DNA from: an uncultured Methanomicrobiales archaeon
GTDB lineage: Archaea > Halobacteriota > Methanomicrobia > Methanomicrobiales > Methanospirillaceae
DNA length: 64,000 nt
Reading direction: 5' to 3'
Assembly (NCBI GenBank): GCA_963758915.1
Contig: CAVWXH010000003.1
Coordinates: 128,001 to 192,000, forward strand
Below are positions 61,260 to 64,000 of this stretch, piece after piece. Position numbers and translations under genes: made by a program. How positions within the stretch are numbered: the stretch's first letter is position 1; each line of letters starts with the position of its first letter. The notes beneath the pieces are model-generated. The model ran no database searches. It was given only the letters and a program-made list of their open reading frames with translations, and was not told the DNA's origin.

Positions 61260-62340
61260 TCACCGTTCGGCACATCCTATACAGGGATCTATCGATAGCA
61301 CAATTACCGGCACATCCGCGAGGTCGCATCCTTTCAGCGCTTTTACGAGGAACGGAACATTTGCAAATGTAGGTGTCCTGACCCTGTGCCGGAGCAGATG
61401 ACGGGTCCCGTTTCCCTTTACATAATGCATCACTTCACCACGGGGCTGTTCTGCCCGTGCCCAGCACTCACCATTGGGCGTTCCGGTAACTTTAACTTCA
61501 ACCGGTCCATCGGGAATGTTATCTACCGCCTTTGTGATAATATCAATCGATGTCAGCAGACTCCTTTCCCCGGACAACACAGCGGGCATAACAATCTCCA
61601 CTTGTTTCCACCACGGGCTCAAAATCGATCTTGTCATAGGCTGCATACCCAAGCATTCGGGCGTCCTCTGCAATGCCACTTCCACGCCCTGTCGGACCGA
61701 CTGCACCAAGTTCATAGGCCTCCTTTTCCGGAATTATCCCAATCCCTTTCGTACGGTGCCGGACCGAACTGTCATTGAAAAAAACATTGTTCAATTCCCT
61801 TATTTCAGTCCCCAAATCTTTTAGACCTGTGACCATCTCGTCGAGTTTCTTACTCTCAATATCCCTGCGGACACCTCCAATCTTGCACGCCCCCTGGATA
61901 ACACGTCCTCCTGTGGTTGCCTCAAGGTCGTCAAGGATATGTTCCGCAACCGCCACGACTGCATAAAGAGGTTTTCAAATCCGAGGGAATCGGCAAACAA
62001 ACCAAGCCAGAGGAGATGAGAATGCATCCTTGAATATTCAGACCATATCGTTCGAAGATACAGGGCCCGCTCAGGGACATCGATACCCATAACCGTCTCA
62101 ATTGCTGTCACGTACGGTACTGCCATGAATAAAGCTACAAATACCGCATATCCGTTCCGCAACGTACACATATTCAGGGAATTCACGTTTTTCGACCAGT
62201 TTTTCCAGCCCACGGTGGACATATCCTATAGAGGGAATTGCCTCAACCACTATTTCATCCTCAAGGACGAGGTCGAGGTGGATAGGTTCCGGTAGCACCG
62301 GGTGCTGTGGCCCGAATGGGATGATTATTCGCCGGGACAC
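61260..62340 (-). CDS. echE: Group 4 [NiFe]-hydrogenase large subunit (EchE), several frameshifts
   Basis: PFGPQHPVLPEP, GYVHRGLEK, L1 ERICGICS, EQPRGE, RVRTPT and L2 DPCIGC.ER*. Confidence 0.88.
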
Positions 62341-62714
62341 GAGTCATCCTCCTTGCGGTCGGTATTTACACTGAACGGGTATTTGACAGCGGTCCGGAAG
62401 AAATTTCCATTGAAATCGACAGCATTCCCATCAACGGTAATACCAAAGAGATCATGGATCTCGTTCTGGTACGGGAACGCAGCCCAATAAATCCCGGTGA
62501 TACTGGGAAGCGGGGTTTCCCGCGAGATAAGCAGGCGTATCGTCCGGAATGAAAAATTAAGGTCAAACGAATAGTCCACCTGGAACAGCTCACCGAGTTT
62601 GGTTATGCTTATCGCAACGAGCCTGTACCCTTCATTCCTGAGCGCGGAAACACCGGGTAAAAGATCTGGAGTTTCAGTTGGAATAACAGGTTGTTCTTCT
62701 GCCTTCATACTCAT
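62325..62714 (-). CDS. echD: Ech hydrogenase subunit D (NuoC-like)
   Basis: GYRLVAIS, DYSFD and PSITGIY..AF.YQNEIHDLFGI motifs; overlaps the echE start. Confidence 0.85.
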   Translation of the reverse strand: MSMKAEEQPVIPTETPDLLPGVSALRNEGYRLVAISITKLGELFQVDYSFDLNFSFRTIRLLISRETPLPSITGIYWAAFPYQNEIHDLFGITVDGNAVDFNGNFFRTAVKYPFSVNTDRKEDDSCPGE

Positions 62715-62782
62715 CGATCACCCTGCTTTTGCAGCTCCTATAATTTCCATATCCTTTTGATGATGATGAATTGATTATCGAC

Positions 62783-62887
62783 GTAATGAGCACGTGCACA
62801 TCATTACTGAGGAGATGTGTCGGGGAATGACACGGATATTGATTAAGAATTTTCATAGGCACGATCTATTAGCGCTCGTATGAGTAA
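62783..62887. promoter_or_regulatory. Two operator-like palindromes upstream of echD (sites 2 and 3)
   Basis: GTAATGAGCACGTGCACATCATTAC (62783-62807) and GCGCTCGTATGAGTAA (62872-62887). Confidence 0.45.
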
Positions 62888-63058
62888 AAATTAACCTTGG
62901 TGCCATTTTATTAAAGACAGGCAATATTGGATCAACATAAGGCTGAACTGTCGAAAAGATGTTGCATGCCGGACAAAGACCAGCATACCGCAAGATACGA
63001 TCCATAATTTTTCCTAAAAATCCCCAGGACATCTGCTGCGATCCATACATTTATACTA

Positions 63059-63079
63059 TTATGCGCATATGAGTAATAA
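63059..63079. promoter_or_regulatory. Palindromic operator candidate (site 4), between the TATA box and the NifX-like gene
   Basis: TTATGCGCATATGAGTAATAA follows TTTATA at ~63050. Confidence 0.65.
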
Positions 63080-63094
63080 TCAAAGGTTGAGATC

Positions 63095-63429
63095 ATGAAG
63101 ATTATGTTTTACCGCAAAAGGGGCAACCCTCGACTCCCTGACAGAGGACAGGTTCGGACGTGCACCGTATTTTATCATTGTTGAGAGCGAGAACGGATCC
63201 TTTGAAGCAATCCAGAACCCGTACGCCGATGGTGCGGGAGGCGTTGGCCCAAAAGCAGCGCAGGTACTCATCGCGACACAATGTCAAGGCATTGATCAGC
63301 GGGCAGGTGGGCGGGAATGCACAGGAAGTGCTCGCTGCCGCAGGAATTGCGATGTACACGTACAATGCCGGCGGATCGGTGAAGGACGCATTCGACCAGT
63401 TCACGAACAATACCCTTGTACGCTCATAA
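63095..63429 (+). CDS. NifB/NifX family (dinitrogenase FeMo-cofactor biosynthesis domain) protein, frameshifted
   Basis: The repaired reading gives MKIMFTAKG...DRFGRAPYFIIV...NPYADGAGGVGPKAAQ...ALISGQVGGNA. Confidence 0.82.
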
Positions 63430-63494
63430 CAGGGAGACGCAGGGAAGTATCGCGGCAGGAGACACGCCAATGAGATCACAAGGTGGATGAAGCC

Positions 63495-64000
63495 ATGAAA
63501 CTCGCAATTGCAAGCGGTAAGGGCGGTACCGGTAAGACCATGGTGGCCGCAAATCTTGCCTTCACGCTCTCCCGGACGGAACAGGTCACGCTTGTTGACT
63601 GCGATGTTGAGGAACCCAACCTCCACCTTTTCTTTCCGACAACTGCCACGACTAACGGAAATTACCGTACCGGTGCCGGTTATCGACGAAAACACCTGCC
63701 AGCATTGTGGACTATGCGGGGAGTTCTGCCAGTATCGGCGCGATGACGGTACTTTCTGACCGGGTCCTTTTCTTTCCCGAGCTCTGCCACTCCTGCGGGG
63801 GGTGCATGCTGGTCTGCCCGAATGACGCCATCCATGAAGAGCCAAAACGGATAGGGACCGTGGCAATTTCCACGCCTTTGCCCCACCTGAAACTTATTTC
63901 CGGGATGCTGGACACAGGGAATCCCTCATGCAGTGCCGGTTATCAGGGCTGCAAAAAAGCTGGCAGCAGGACGACCCCCTTGTGATCTGCGATTCGGCAC
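63495..64000 (+). CDS. MinD/ParA-family P-loop ATPase with inserted 4Fe-4S ferredoxin domains (frameshifted; runs off the window)
   Basis: IASGKGGTGKT, DCDVEEPNLHLF, CQHCGLCGEFC and CHSCGGCMLVCP motifs. Confidence 0.88.

Noticed and set aside
1-64000. CRISPR array, transposase, integrase, reverse transcriptase or rRNA
   Set aside because: I recognised no regularly spaced repeats and no such protein or RNA signatures in the window.

Overview
Archaeal chromosomal window from a hydrogenotrophic methanogen. Gene content and order, and the McrA/Mch sequences, point to Methanomicrobiales (Methanoregula/Methanolinea-like). The window holds housekeeping genes (cdc6/orc1, mch, tRNA-Val(TAC), nifB, ogg, ahcY, hisF, endA-trpS-pheS-pheT, nfo) and a few accessory genes. 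It also carries a tightly coupled 9-gene minus-strand operon (mmp11-mmp11-radical SAM-ThDP enzyme-aksA-aksD-aksE-Cys-rich protein-aksF) next to ftr, followed by the fwdGF-hdrCBA-mvhD-fwdDBAC cluster and mcrBDCGA. The window ends in a gene-fragment patchwork, a Cys/His-rich mini-protein, an orphan echDE pair and a NifB/NifX-family + MinD-type Fe-S ATPase pair; these last units share a palindromic operator-like motif. Many essential genes (mcrB, fwdA, fwdC) carry 1-bp frameshifts, so most frameshifts and apparent fusions are treated as sequencing/assembly indels. Best leads, all inferred and untested: (1) the aks operon carries the enzyme chemistries missing from late coenzyme B biosynthesis; (2) a 4-site operator may link a metallothionein-like protein, orphan EchDE and the NifX/ATPase genes; (3) ahcY has a multi-hairpin 5' leader; (4) a ~150-bp structured dispersed repeat occurs twice.
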